From a virus (taxonomy: Duplodnaviria > Caudoviricetes): a DNA stretch of 24,626 nt. Where the stretch lies: the IMG/VR virus record IMGVR_UViG_3300032116_001258, positions 1 to 24,626 of that record. One strand, given 5' to 3'. Of this stretch, positions 1 to 7,622 are shown one piece after another (within the stretch, counting starts at the first letter, position 1; each line of letters begins with the position of its first letter). Below the pieces are notes generated by a model. That model worked only from the letters and a program-made list of their open reading frames with translations, made no database searches and was not told the DNA's origin. The position numbers and the translations under genes are program-made.

Positions 1-1357
1 TGCCAGAGCCTGCTTGTTGCATCGCTGCAATGGCTGTAGCTGTAGTGTTTTGTAGAATGTTAGCGTCTAATCCCTGACTTGTCTGCGTAACACCTGAACG
101 CTTCTGCAATACCTGATCCATGTAATCAAGCATTGGGAACGACTGAGATGCTGTTGCCGGTACAGATAATGGTTGAACTGCACCCTGAGACTTAATCCGC
201 ACTACACCGCCTGGTGATGTGGTTAGTAGGTCATCTAGGTTTACTTGTCCATCTAAGGCTGTAACCCTAGGCATATTGGTTAGGTACAGGTTATCTAGGA
301 TCTGACGAGTGATCGTAGACTTGATAAGCTGTATGTCCATTGCTCTGTCGGCTAGACTCTGACCAAAAAACTTGTGTGGCATAGGAATCGGGCAGATGCT
401 TGCAAAGGGAATGTGATCTGTTTCCTCGTTGTCAATAATCTGATCGCCTGCATAAACTACCTTGCGGAGTTCTGCAATCCCATCACCATCAAAATCTGTA
501 CGAATATAGCACTCGAACAACTCTACTTCTTGCATTGTAAAGTCTAGGCTTTGTGTCTCATCTGGCATCTCGCCTGCGCTGTACCTTGCTACTCTCTCAG
601 GAGTGTAAGTAAGATCGTTGTACGCTGGCATCTTGTCCACTTTGTCTTGTGGATAGCCCATAGCGATTAAGTCTGAACGAGTTTTAACTGTGCGATGTGC
701 TACAAATCGTGCGTTTTTGATGCTCTTATCGCGCTTGGCGATTAAGAACTCCTCTGGTGGCACATTCTCTACACAGACCTTACCGACTTCTTTTTTCTTC
801 TTGATGACTACATTGTAAGAAAGGATAGGCATACCCATTGGGTCTATGCCGACTTCCTCGGTCTCTTGGCTGATTAACTCCATCTCGCCATCAGCAAACA
901 GAAGTGTTAGTTCTTCTGCGTTTAATCCTTTGTATTCTTCTTTGGTAGGATCTTCGCTATCCTCCCACCAATACTTAACGATTCCGTTCTTCTGTAGAAG
1001 TGCATCCTTCATCCAGTTATGTAGGATGATGACACCATCGTTATCGCTAAAGAACACATAGTTTGTAAGTTCGGTAGCTTGCTTGGCGAACTCCTCGTCT
1101 CCTGGCATCCTTGGCTCGAACCGACCTAATTCGTCTGATCCAGCAAAGATACGCATTAACTGAGGTAAAGCACCATCTACGACCTCGGCTACTTCGCCTG
1201 TTACGATCTTAGAACGACCATCTACCTCGTTGCCATACTCGTAACGATTGTAGTAGTTGATCGCCTTTGTGCGTTGCTCTACTGTCTCGGTCTCTACATA
1301 GCCGATAGAATCGTCTATCTCTGCTTCGAGAATGACCTTTAGTTTTTGTTCATCCAT
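1..1357 (-). CDS. Phage portal protein (P22-like), runs off the left edge
   Basis: My translation from ATG 1357, directly after the TerL stop: MDEQKLKVILEAEIDDSIGYVETETVEQRTKAINYYNRYEYGNEVDGRSKIVTGEVAEVVDGALPQLMRIFAGSDELGRFEPRMPGDEEFAKQATELTNYVF...KDALLQKNGIVKYWW. This is a typical podovirus portal N-terminus in the expected position after TerL. Confidence 0.88.
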   Translation of the reverse strand, partial: MDEQKLKVILEAEIDDSIGYVETETVEQRTKAINYYNRYEYGNEVDGRSKIVTGEVAEVVDGALPQLMRIFAGSDELGRFEPRMPGDEEFAKQATELTNYVFFSDNDGVIILHNWMKDALLQKNGIVKYWWEDSEDPTKEEYKGLNAEELTLLFADGEMELISQETEEVGIDPMGMPILSYNVVIKKKKEVGKVCVENVPPEEFLIAKRDKSIKNARFVAHRTVKTRSDLIAMGYPQDKVDKMPAYNDLTYTPERVARYSAGEMPDETQSLDFTMQEVELFECYIRTDFDGDGIAELRKVVYAGDQIIDNEETDHIPFASICPIPMPHKFFGQSLADRAMDIQLIKSTITRQILDNLYLTNMPRVTALDGQVNLDDLLTTSPGGVVRIKSQGAVQPLSVPATASQSFPMLDYMDQVLQKRSGVTQTSQGLDANILQNTTATAIAAMQQAGSG

Positions 1358-2644
1358 TTATACGATCCATGAAGTTTTTACTGTTATCGGTTGCGACCAA
1401 GTGGTGTTTTGTTCCATTCCTAATGCAAGATAGCGCATAGAGTCTGATCCATGACTTGCCCAGTCGTGCATTGGCTTGTCAAAAAAGACATTACGCTTTT
1501 CGTCATAATCGCGCCTATAGTTCCTAAGACAATCTAGCCCTTGCTTTACCTGTGGCATATTGAACCAACATCTCGGTAGGAGTCTACGGACTGCCTGAAT
1601 ACCATCATCTACAGAAAGTCTTGGCAGAACCCGAACATCTAGTCCAGCTTCTCTCAACACTTCCAATCTGCTCTTGCCTGTGCCTAGTTCTCTTACTTCT
1701 ACATCGTGTGGTAGGAGTTGCTCTGCTTTCTCCCACTTGTTATCTTTTAGCCAGTTGACATACCAATCGAGTCCTTGACCATGATTCTCTACATAGTCTA
1801 GTAGTCTTACTTCTTGTCCTGTTGCTTGTGCCACCCACAATGCTGTGCTATCACCCATGCCCAAATCCCAAGCCACATAAGTTCTACAGAGATCATCTCT
1901 CGTAATGTCGCAAAGTCTACCTTTTTCTTCGAGGTCGTTGATGAGTTTGCCATAGTAACTTCCTTCTACTGCTGCGTTAAAACTACACTCGAACTCTTGG
2001 TTGTACTTATCGTCTCCCATTTCTTTTCTGGCAGACCATAACTCTTGTTCATCTAGTAGCTTTGTTTCGCTTGCCTTGAACTGTAATGCACTCCATCCTT
2101 CTTCTTTTCCTGCTCTGTCGAACAAGTCCTTGAAGTGGTTGTTTCCTTTTGGAGTCCCAATAAACAAGCACGACCCTTTTCTGTCTGCAAGAGCCGGTCT
2201 AATGATCTCATTCCAAATCTTAGGATTTTGATCGCCAATTTCGTCTAGCACTACAGAGTCGAAATATTGCCCGCGCAAAGAGTCTGGGTTATCAGAGCCA
2301 TAAAGCTGGATTCTCCTTCCGTAAAAATCTACTCTTAATTCCGCTATATTAGCTGTTGCATCTAATGGTCTACAGAAGTTTGTAAGGTAATCCCAAGCTA
2401 CTCTTTTTGCCTGGCTATATGTCGGTGCGATATACGCATACCGAGGGTTAGGCTTATCGTTCTCCATCGCTGCTTTGATCAGCGCATTAAGAGCCTGTAC
2501 TGTCTTACCCATACGCCTATGTGCCACTACCACCACAAAACGATTGTTCTCCATCGCCTCATGGATCTGTAACTGAGGTTCTCTTGGCTTGTAAGGGATA
2601 ACGACTCGCTTTACCTCATCATCTGCGTACTCTACTTCTCCCAA
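1358..2644 (-). CDS. terL: Terminase large subunit
   Basis: Walker A-like HRRMGKT, Walker B VVLDE, FIGTPKG motif, RNase H-like WDLG and C-terminal HDWASHGSDSMRY. Confidence 0.96.
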   Translation of the reverse strand: MGEVEYADDEVKRVVIPYKPREPQLQIHEAMENNRFVVVVAHRRMGKTVQALNALIKAAMENDKPNPRYAYIAPTYSQAKRVAWDYLTNFCRPLDATANIAELRVDFYGRRIQLYGSDNPDSLRGQYFDSVVLDEIGDQNPKIWNEIIRPALADRKGSCLFIGTPKGNNHFKDLFDRAGKEEGWSALQFKASETKLLDEQELWSARKEMGDDKYNQEFECSFNAAVEGSYYGKLINDLEEKGRLCDITRDDLCRTYVAWDLGMGDSTALWVAQATGQEVRLLDYVENHGQGLDWYVNWLKDNKWEKAEQLLPHDVEVRELGTGKSRLEVLREAGLDVRVLPRLSVDDGIQAVRRLLPRCWFNMPQVKQGLDCLRNYRRDYDEKRNVFFDKPMHDWASHGSDSMRYLALGMEQNTTWSQPITVKTSWIV

Positions 2645-2937
2645 GCGACCACCATCTTAAAGATGCCACCTTCTGCATTGCTTAGTTCGGTAGTGTTAAC
2701 AGGCTTACCATCTATCCTGTCCATGACTTCCTTGATTGCCCAAGGCTCTCCGGCTTCTGCTGACTTGACTAGCTTCTCGGTAATGTTCCTGAGTTTCTTA
2801 CGATCCTCTTGTACTAGGGCTACTCTTAGTGCATCGTAAAAGAGCTTTCCCTTCTTACCATTCTGATTGCCTGTAGGTGCGCCACCTTTATTAGTTGGCT
2901 CAACTTGTAGATTGTTGTTTTGTGTAGAGTTTTCCAT
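2632..2937 (-). CDS. terS: Terminase small subunit
   Basis: GGAPTGNQNG N-terminal motif and AIKEVMDRIDGKP motif; overlaps the TerL start. Confidence 0.8.
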   Translation of the reverse strand: MENSTQNNNLQVEPTNKGGAPTGNQNGKKGKLFYDALRVALVQEDRKKLRNITEKLVKSAEAGEPWAIKEVMDRIDGKPVNTTELSNAEGGIFKMVVAWEK

Positions 2938-2973
2938 TCCATTCCCTAGGGGTTGATGGTTGATGATGTTGCT

Positions 2974-2981
2974 ATTCTACA
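2974..2981 (-). promoter_or_regulatory. Possible -10 element (TGTAGAAT) upstream of terS
   Basis: TAGAAT about 40 nt upstream of the terS ATG; the same TTCTACA core is repeated at 13.99-14.09 kb; no clear -35. Confidence 0.3.
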
Positions 2982-2986
2982 ACACT

Positions 2987-4060
2987 TTAGTCTAGTAGTC
3001 CTTCTACTTTTTGACTATTTTTTTCTAGTATTTTTACATCAGCAGGGTCAAAGACTACAAAGTTACTTGTGCCTTTTCCTGCACTACGACTACCTTCGTC
3101 TAAATAGCGTATGCCTTTAATTCCAGCATCTTGCATTGCCTGTGATGCTAACTTTGCACTTCTTAATCCACTTATCTTTTCATAAGCATACCGACCATTA
3201 AGACTTTTATCTAAAGTTTCTCCAGTTGGTCTACCTAAAGCATCTTTGCTTACTATTTCATCTAATGCGTCTTGTATAGATTTAGGGTGTTGGCTCAATG
3301 GTTTATCGTAATCCAACATTTTAGGGATGTATTCATCAGGTATATCTACTTTGTATAGATTGCCTGTCGGCTGTAATTGATTAGTTTTCAGAATATCAAT
3401 AGCATCTTCAATCTGCTTGTTTGCTTCTAATTGTCCAGAGTTTTTTAACTGGCTATTTGCTTTTAAAGTTTTTTGCAGTTGTTCAACAGCGTTGTCACCA
3501 TGCACATTTAATGTATCTTGGGCAATTCTTAGGGCATCCCAAGGTGTATTGTCGGGCGTTCCAGCCATAACCTTACCTACATAACTTCTATCTGTTGCAT
3601 ATTGTTTGGCTACCGCAGGATTCTCAGCAAAATACATACCATGCCCATAAACCTGTGCGCCCTCACCAGTTCCTACCTTGCTTATGTCAAACTGTCCTCG
3701 GATGTTATGAGGTGTTCCATGATAGGCAGTAGCACCCATAAGCCCTGGCACTTGTTCCATTAGCCTTGCAAGAGCCTGTCTGTCTCCTACATTAATACCG
3801 CCTTGATCCATTACTAAGGCTTTATCTAGGTCAGACATCTGCGTTTGTAGATTCTGTTGTGCTGACTGTGCCACATTTCTTGCATAATCCATCACTTGTG
3901 GATTTGTCATTGCTGTCATCTGTGGTGGTGTATAGCCTTGTAGTGCGCCTGCTAGTGTGCCTGTTGGCTGTCTGCCACCTAGCAATCCTGCCATTGATGG
4001 TCTTTGCGGAGCTAACAAGCCACCTAATCGGGCTTGTGCCAGATCTAATAGGCTTGCCAT
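2987..4060 (-). CDS. ADP-ribosyltransferase-like protein (ART-PolyVal-like domain) with low-complexity N-terminus
   Basis: AYHGTPH..FD...GTGEGAQVYGHGMYFAENP..A..YA, GNLYKVDI and GIKGIRYLD...NFVVFDP..VKI motifs match the ART domain of phage/plasmid polyvalent proteins. Confidence 0.72.
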   Translation of the reverse strand: MASLLDLAQARLGGLLAPQRPSMAGLLGGRQPTGTLAGALQGYTPPQMTAMTNPQVMDYARNVAQSAQQNLQTQMSDLDKALVMDQGGINVGDRQALARLMEQVPGLMGATAYHGTPHNIRGQFDISKVGTGEGAQVYGHGMYFAENPAVAKQYATDRSYVGKVMAGTPDNTPWDALRIAQDTLNVHGDNAVEQLQKTLKANSQLKNSGQLEANKQIEDAIDILKTNQLQPTGNLYKVDIPDEYIPKMLDYDKPLSQHPKSIQDALDEIVSKDALGRPTGETLDKSLNGRYAYEKISGLRSAKLASQAMQDAGIKGIRYLDEGSRSAGKGTSNFVVFDPADVKILEKNSQKVEGLLD

Positions 4061-4076
4061 ATTTATCCTTTATTTA

Positions 4077-4364
4077 TTACCACTTAACTTTGTCTGCCCA
4101 ATAGGCTGCACTCATCTTGCCTTTAGCAATGTTGCTTGCATGACGAGCCTTGAATGATTTTTGTCTTGCTTTGCCTGCCTCGGTCTTGGGATTAGCACCT
4201 GCACCACTTACGCCTTGCTGACCAAAACGGATGGTCTTTACCTTATCTCCCTCTTTTGCCACGACTACATGGCTTTTAGTAGGGTGGCTAGGTGTCTTTT
4301 TAGGCGAATTAAATCCGCTAACACCTATTCTTTCAAAGAGTTTCGCAGCTTCTTTTATTTTCAT
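4077..4364 (-). CDS. Conserved small basic phage protein
   Basis: KTIRFGQQG...RQKSFKARH...SAAYWADKVKW pattern, which I recognise from phage late regions; Lys-rich. Confidence 0.8.
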   Translation of the reverse strand: MKIKEAAKLFERIGVSGFNSPKKTPSHPTKSHVVVAKEGDKVKTIRFGQQGVSGAGANPKTEAGKARQKSFKARHASNIAKGKMSAAYWADKVKW

Positions 4365-4845
4365 AGTATCTCTTTACACCCTCTGAAACTCTCTTTTTTG
4401 TTTCTTCTGGTCTTGGCTTGTTTTTCCAATATCTAACAGGATTTCTTAATTTTGCTTCTCTTAATTTTTGTTTATGTTCTTCCGAAAGAGGTCTATTTTT
4501 CAATGCTTTAGATATTTTTTCTTTAACTTCTTGTCTTTTTGCTGGATTTGCATCTCCAACTAAACCGCCTTGACCGCCTGTAGCCAAATTAAATCTAGGC
4601 TCAAATTTCTTAATCCAATGTATTTCTCTGTTATTAAGTTGATCTACATCACAATACTCAATAACACCTTTAATAAATTTCTCTTTACCAATCTTGTTTG
4701 GTATCACGCCACCTGTAAAGTAACCTCTTTTACCGCCTGTGCTTTTGCCTATATAGGCTATTTTGCCCCTAAAAGACAAGGCATAAATATGTGGCTCTAC
4801 AAAATCTGGGCTACCTAAATAGCCATTCTTTCTTTGGTTTGGCAC
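4333..4845 (-). CDS. Free-standing GIY-YIG homing endonuclease with NUMOD3-like repeats
   Basis: HIY-x9-AYIGKS, E in LNNREIHWI, FN...GG, then SEEHKQKLREAK and PEETKKRVSE repeats; GTG start immediately after the upstream stop. Confidence 0.82.
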   Translation of the reverse strand: MPNQRKNGYLGSPDFVEPHIYALSFRGKIAYIGKSTGGKRGYFTGGVIPNKIGKEKFIKGVIEYCDVDQLNNREIHWIKKFEPRFNLATGGQGGLVGDANPAKRQEVKEKISKALKNRPLSEEHKQKLREAKLRNPVRYWKNKPRPEETKKRVSEGVKRYYENKRSCETL

Positions 4846-5007
4846 TTACTTTTTGTATCGAGCAGACTTACCAGCTTCTGACATAGCAATTGCAATCGCC
4901 TGGCGAGGGTTCTTAACGACCTTACCGCCCTTGCCAGAATGTAGCTTTCCAGCCTTGTATTCGCCCATGACTTTGCCAATCTTTTTCTCTGCCTTGGTCA
5001 TCTTCAT
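4846..5007 (-). CDS. Small basic protein, DUF6496-like (53 aa, not in ORF track)
   Basis: MKMTKAEKKIGKVMGEYKAGKLHSGKGGKVVKNPRQAIAIAMSEAGKSARYKK; ATGA overlap with the upstream gene; KVM.EYK.GKLHSG...QAIAIA.SEA motif. Confidence 0.82.
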   Translation of the reverse strand: MKMTKAEKKIGKVMGEYKAGKLHSGKGGKVVKNPRQAIAIAMSEAGKSARYKK

Positions 5008-5162
5008 TTTTTAGCCTTTACTGGTTTAGCTGTCTTAGCTGCTTGTTTAAAAGCCTTAGCTGTTGGCGCACCGGCTGTGCCTGGTTTACGCATCTTCTCG
5101 CCTGATCCTTCGGCTATTCTTTTACGCTTTGCTGCGATATTGCTATAGAGACCCTGTTTCAT
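5004..5162 (-). CDS. Small Lys/Ala-rich basic phage protein (52 aa)
   Basis: MKQGLYSNIAAKRKRIAEGSGEKMRKPGTAGAPTAKAFKQAAKTAKPVKAKK; start reassigned to ATG 5162 because of the ATGA overlap with the upstream stop. Confidence 0.8.
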   Translation of the reverse strand: MKQGLYSNIAAKRKRIAEGSGEKMRKPGTAGAPTAKAFKQAAKTAKPVKAKK

Positions 5163-5530
5163 TCTTCTTCCCCTTCTTCTTCCATTTCTTCTTCGCCTAC
5201 AGCTTCCCAAGCCATACAGCCTCGTTCACCCTTGCAGACAAAATCGAATATCTCGCAATGCCCCATGCCTTTAGGCACTCCGCACTTGCTCATTTCTTCG
5301 CCTGTTTCGTAGTATTCACAGGCTTTGCACTTGCCTTCACCATCTTTACGATCACCATAATCGGCTGTAATAACAGCTTTTTTCATGTTGCCTTTGTTAA
5401 TATCGGCATCAACTGTAGAGAGTGGGCAAGATTCGGTATCCGACTCTAGTAGACCGCCCTCGGACTTCTCAGCCATCTTAGGCTCTTTGCCAAGGAGTCC
5501 AATCATTATCGACATACCTTTTTCTTTCAT
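5159..5530 (-). CDS. Cys-rich acidic protein, HiPIP-like fold candidate
   Basis: Y-x9-CKACEYY...GHCEIF...GCMAW pattern and poly-Glu tail; first gene after the late promoter. Confidence 0.6.
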   Translation of the reverse strand: MKEKGMSIMIGLLGKEPKMAEKSEGGLLESDTESCPLSTVDADINKGNMKKAVITADYGDRKDGEGKCKACEYYETGEEMSKCGVPKGMGHCEIFDFVCKGERGCMAWEAVGEEEMEEEGEEE

Positions 5531-5539
5531 ATCGCACCC

Positions 5540-5564
5540 AAAAAAAAGCCCTATTTCTAGGGCT
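5540..5564 (-). terminator. Intrinsic terminator in the late leader (tR'-like)
   Basis: Minus strand AGCCCTA-GAAA-TAGGGCT followed by a T run: 7-bp stem with a GNRA loop. Confidence 0.85.
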
Positions 5565-5607
5565 ATGAAGAAGAATCACTAAATTCTGGGTGCAATGACC
5601 CAAGAAA

Positions 5608-5636
5608 ATTATACAAGTATTTTTTGGTTTTTACAA
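5608..5636 (-). promoter_or_regulatory. Sigma70 late promoter (pR'-like)
   Basis: TTGTAA (5636-5631), 17 nt spacer, TATAAT (5613-5608). Confidence 0.8.
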
Positions 5637-6416
5637 GGAAAAATGTTTTTTGATCTTAACAACTTGGTCATCTAATCGTTGTGGAAAACTATCCTGTAAT
5701 TCCTTAACCCGATCATGCAATGTAGAAATGGCTAACAAAGCAGACTCAATCTCATCTTGCGATTCTGCCCAAAACTTTCCAAGTTCTGCATTTTGTAGCT
5801 CTGGTAGTGGTTTTTGTAGAAAGTATGGCAAGCATCCGCAGAGTGCAGCATCTAGGTTTGTGGCTGTATGTGCATCGTAAGAAAATAGTATTTTTGTCTT
5901 TTTTAATACATTTGCTAGTTCTTGTTTTGTTTCTGGATAGGATCTAGTTATCTCAAAACAATCTAGTTTGGGACAATCTCCGTACAAATAGCCTTTACCA
6001 ATGTAGAACGCATTTTGTGTTCTTTCTTGGTTGTCGTTGTAGAAAGTAGATAAGTCGCTATTTGGATAAAACAAGGTTTCGCAATCATTTCTGTAAACTG
6101 TAGAAAACGAAAGAGGATAGTCTTTCTCTCCCCAATCAATCATTCTTTTTTGTAGATACCCTTCTTTGTTTAACAAATAGCGGACTACATACTTTGCTTG
6201 TAGAGGATTATTGGTAATAATCTCAGGGTAAACCACTACTGAGTTCTGAATATGCCCTACTGGTGTATTGAAATTAGGGTTAGTAATCTGCTCTTTTTCA
6301 TAGATAAATATTGTAGAAGTGTGTCCAATCTTGTTTAGTTGATCGCACAGAAAATGTAGAACCCATGATCCACCGCTTTTTTCATTGTAGTTAGGTGCAA
6401 AGATTGTAAAGTTCAT
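5631..6416 (-). CDS. Putative GT-B glycosyltransferase (WavQ-like)
   Basis: APNYNEKSGG..VLH.LC..L...GH N-terminus, VVYPEI..NPL.AK.VVRYLLN, and SYD..TA..LDAALCGC. Confidence 0.65.
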   Translation of the reverse strand: MNFTIFAPNYNEKSGGSWVLHFLCDQLNKIGHTSTIFIYEKEQITNPNFNTPVGHIQNSVVVYPEIITNNPLQAKYVVRYLLNKEGYLQKRMIDWGEKDYPLSFSTVYRNDCETLFYPNSDLSTFYNDNQERTQNAFYIGKGYLYGDCPKLDCFEITRSYPETKQELANVLKKTKILFSYDAHTATNLDAALCGCLPYFLQKPLPELQNAELGKFWAESQDEIESALLAISTLHDRVKELQDSFPQRLDDQVVKIKKHFSL

Positions 6417-7096
6417 TTAAACCATTGTTGATGTAACTCCGGCATATTTTCTTTGATCCATTGCTCTGCCTCTCGATGGTTCTTGCCATGATCCATTCCG
6501 ATGGTCTGGCTGCCAACATGGTGGACATAAGACCGACTGACATAGTTTTTGTATCCGTTTGCCCTAATTTCTAGGCATTGAATGTCATCCGAAAACCAGT
6601 TGATAGGCTTGTAATCTACCCATTTGTCCTTATGTATGTAGCCGAATAGGGGAGAAATAATATCTGTAGGAATTATTTTTCTTTCTTCTACATATCGGAT
6701 ACCTTCCCTTTGCTTGAACTCTCGAATATTTTGGTATCCACGAACATAGTCTGATTTAGCCGATACCCAAGCAGTATCTTCTGGCAATAGTTCTACATCT
6801 GCTAACAGAAGTTCGTAGGAAGTAGGGGTTAATACTATGTCATCGTTGGCTACGATTACCTCGTCAAACATTTCGTAGGCACAATGGACTACTTCGTTGT
6901 ATGAATCCCCAAAATTATTGCCTTCATTCTCTATGTTTATGGTTCTATGCTTAGGAAGCCTTAGATCGCTTCCAGAGACGAAAACAGTAACATCTTGTGG
7001 CACATACTGGTCTATGCTTGCTAACAGCACAGGGAGGCATTTAGCAGTCTTAGTGGCTATTACGATTGGTACATCTCTTACAGACGAATCTTTCAT
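6413..7096 (-). CDS. GT2-family (GT-A) glycosyltransferase
   Basis: PIVIAT strand, FG.SYN, VIVANDD (DxD-like), NWFSDD and YVHHVGSQT. Start placed at ATG 7096 (TAATG overlap with the Q stop); the frame is open to 7129. Confidence 0.8.
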   Translation of the reverse strand: MKDSSVRDVPIVIATKTAKCLPVLLASIDQYVPQDVTVFVSGSDLRLPKHRTINIENEGNNFGDSYNEVVHCAYEMFDEVIVANDDIVLTPTSYELLLADVELLPEDTAWVSAKSDYVRGYQNIREFKQREGIRYVEERKIIPTDIISPLFGYIHKDKWVDYKPINWFSDDIQCLEIRANGYKNYVSRSYVHHVGSQTIGMDHGKNHREAEQWIKENMPELHQQWFK

Positions 7097-7172
7097 TAAT
7101 CCCATGATTGTATATCTCGAAAATCCCATTCTCGGTTGTCTTTCTCTCCTGACACCTTGAGCAGATCCGCAT
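7050..7172 (-). CDS. Small zinc-ribbon protein overlapping Q and GT2 (40 aa; could start at 7226)
   Basis: MRICSRCQERKTTENGIFEIYNHGINERFVCKRCTNRNSH: two CxxC pairs; not in the ORF track. Confidence 0.5.
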   Translation of the reverse strand: MRICSRCQERKTTENGIFEIYNHGINERFVCKRCTNRNSH

Positions 7173-7539
7173 AGTCTTTAGATTTGGCTTTCTTGTCGAG
7201 TTGGTCTTGGAGTCGCTTTTTAGCATTGTGTAGGTCTGTCTCGAATCGTTTTGTAGATATTCTTAGGTGGTGGGCTAGTTGATTCTGACTAGCGTATGGA
7301 TGGCTCACATACCGAGCTTTTAGTATCTTTCTAAGTTCTAAGGGTAAACCCTTTATTGTTTCTTCTATTAGTTCACCATCTCGATTATCGGGTTCGTAGT
7401 GTGGTTCTTCGGGTGCGTAGAGGTTGCCGAGTTCGGGAATGTAGTTCTTTTCAAATGATCGACAAGTAGAGTCTGGCTGCGGAATAACTGATCCAGAGAC
7501 ATACCAAGCCCAGTTTCGTAAGCGGTCATCGAGTGTCAT
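7096..7539 (-). CDS. Late-gene antiterminator Q-like / sigma4-type HTH regulator
   Basis: LDDRLRNWAW N-terminus, LP...R.IL.ARY....Q.A..L.IS...F...L..AK sigma4-like HTH, and position upstream of a promoter-terminator late leader. Confidence 0.68.
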   Translation of the reverse strand: MTLDDRLRNWAWYVSGSVIPQPDSTCRSFEKNYIPELGNLYAPEEPHYEPDNRDGELIEETIKGLPLELRKILKARYVSHPYASQNQLAHHLRISTKRFETDLHNAKKRLQDQLDKKAKSKDYADLLKVSGEKDNREWDFRDIQSWD

Positions 7540-7560
7540 TCACATTCCTGTGTTTAATGA

Positions 7561-7598
7561 ATTGTATAATTGTATACAAATTTTCTGTATTATTTCAA
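7561..7598. promoter_or_regulatory. Overlapping divergent promoters (Q leftward, phosphoesterase rightward)
   Basis: Minus: TTGAAA (7598-7593), 18 nt, TACAAT (7574-7569). Plus: TATAAT 7565-7570 and TATTAT 7588-7593. Tandem ATTGTATA x2 and palindrome TTGTATACAA. Confidence 0.5.
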
Positions 7599-7622
7599 TA
7601 TGTTAACTACTTTGGGATATTT

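Noticed and set aside
4333-4845. Group I intron around the GIY-YIG gene
   Set aside because: Flanking genes are intact and abut the ORF, leaving no room for an intron core.
846-6000. Several plus-strand ORFs (846, 1814, 2001, 3859, 3957, 4161, 4570, 5063, 5385, 5650)
   Set aside because: Antisense shadows of well-supported minus-strand genes, with no motifs or RBS.
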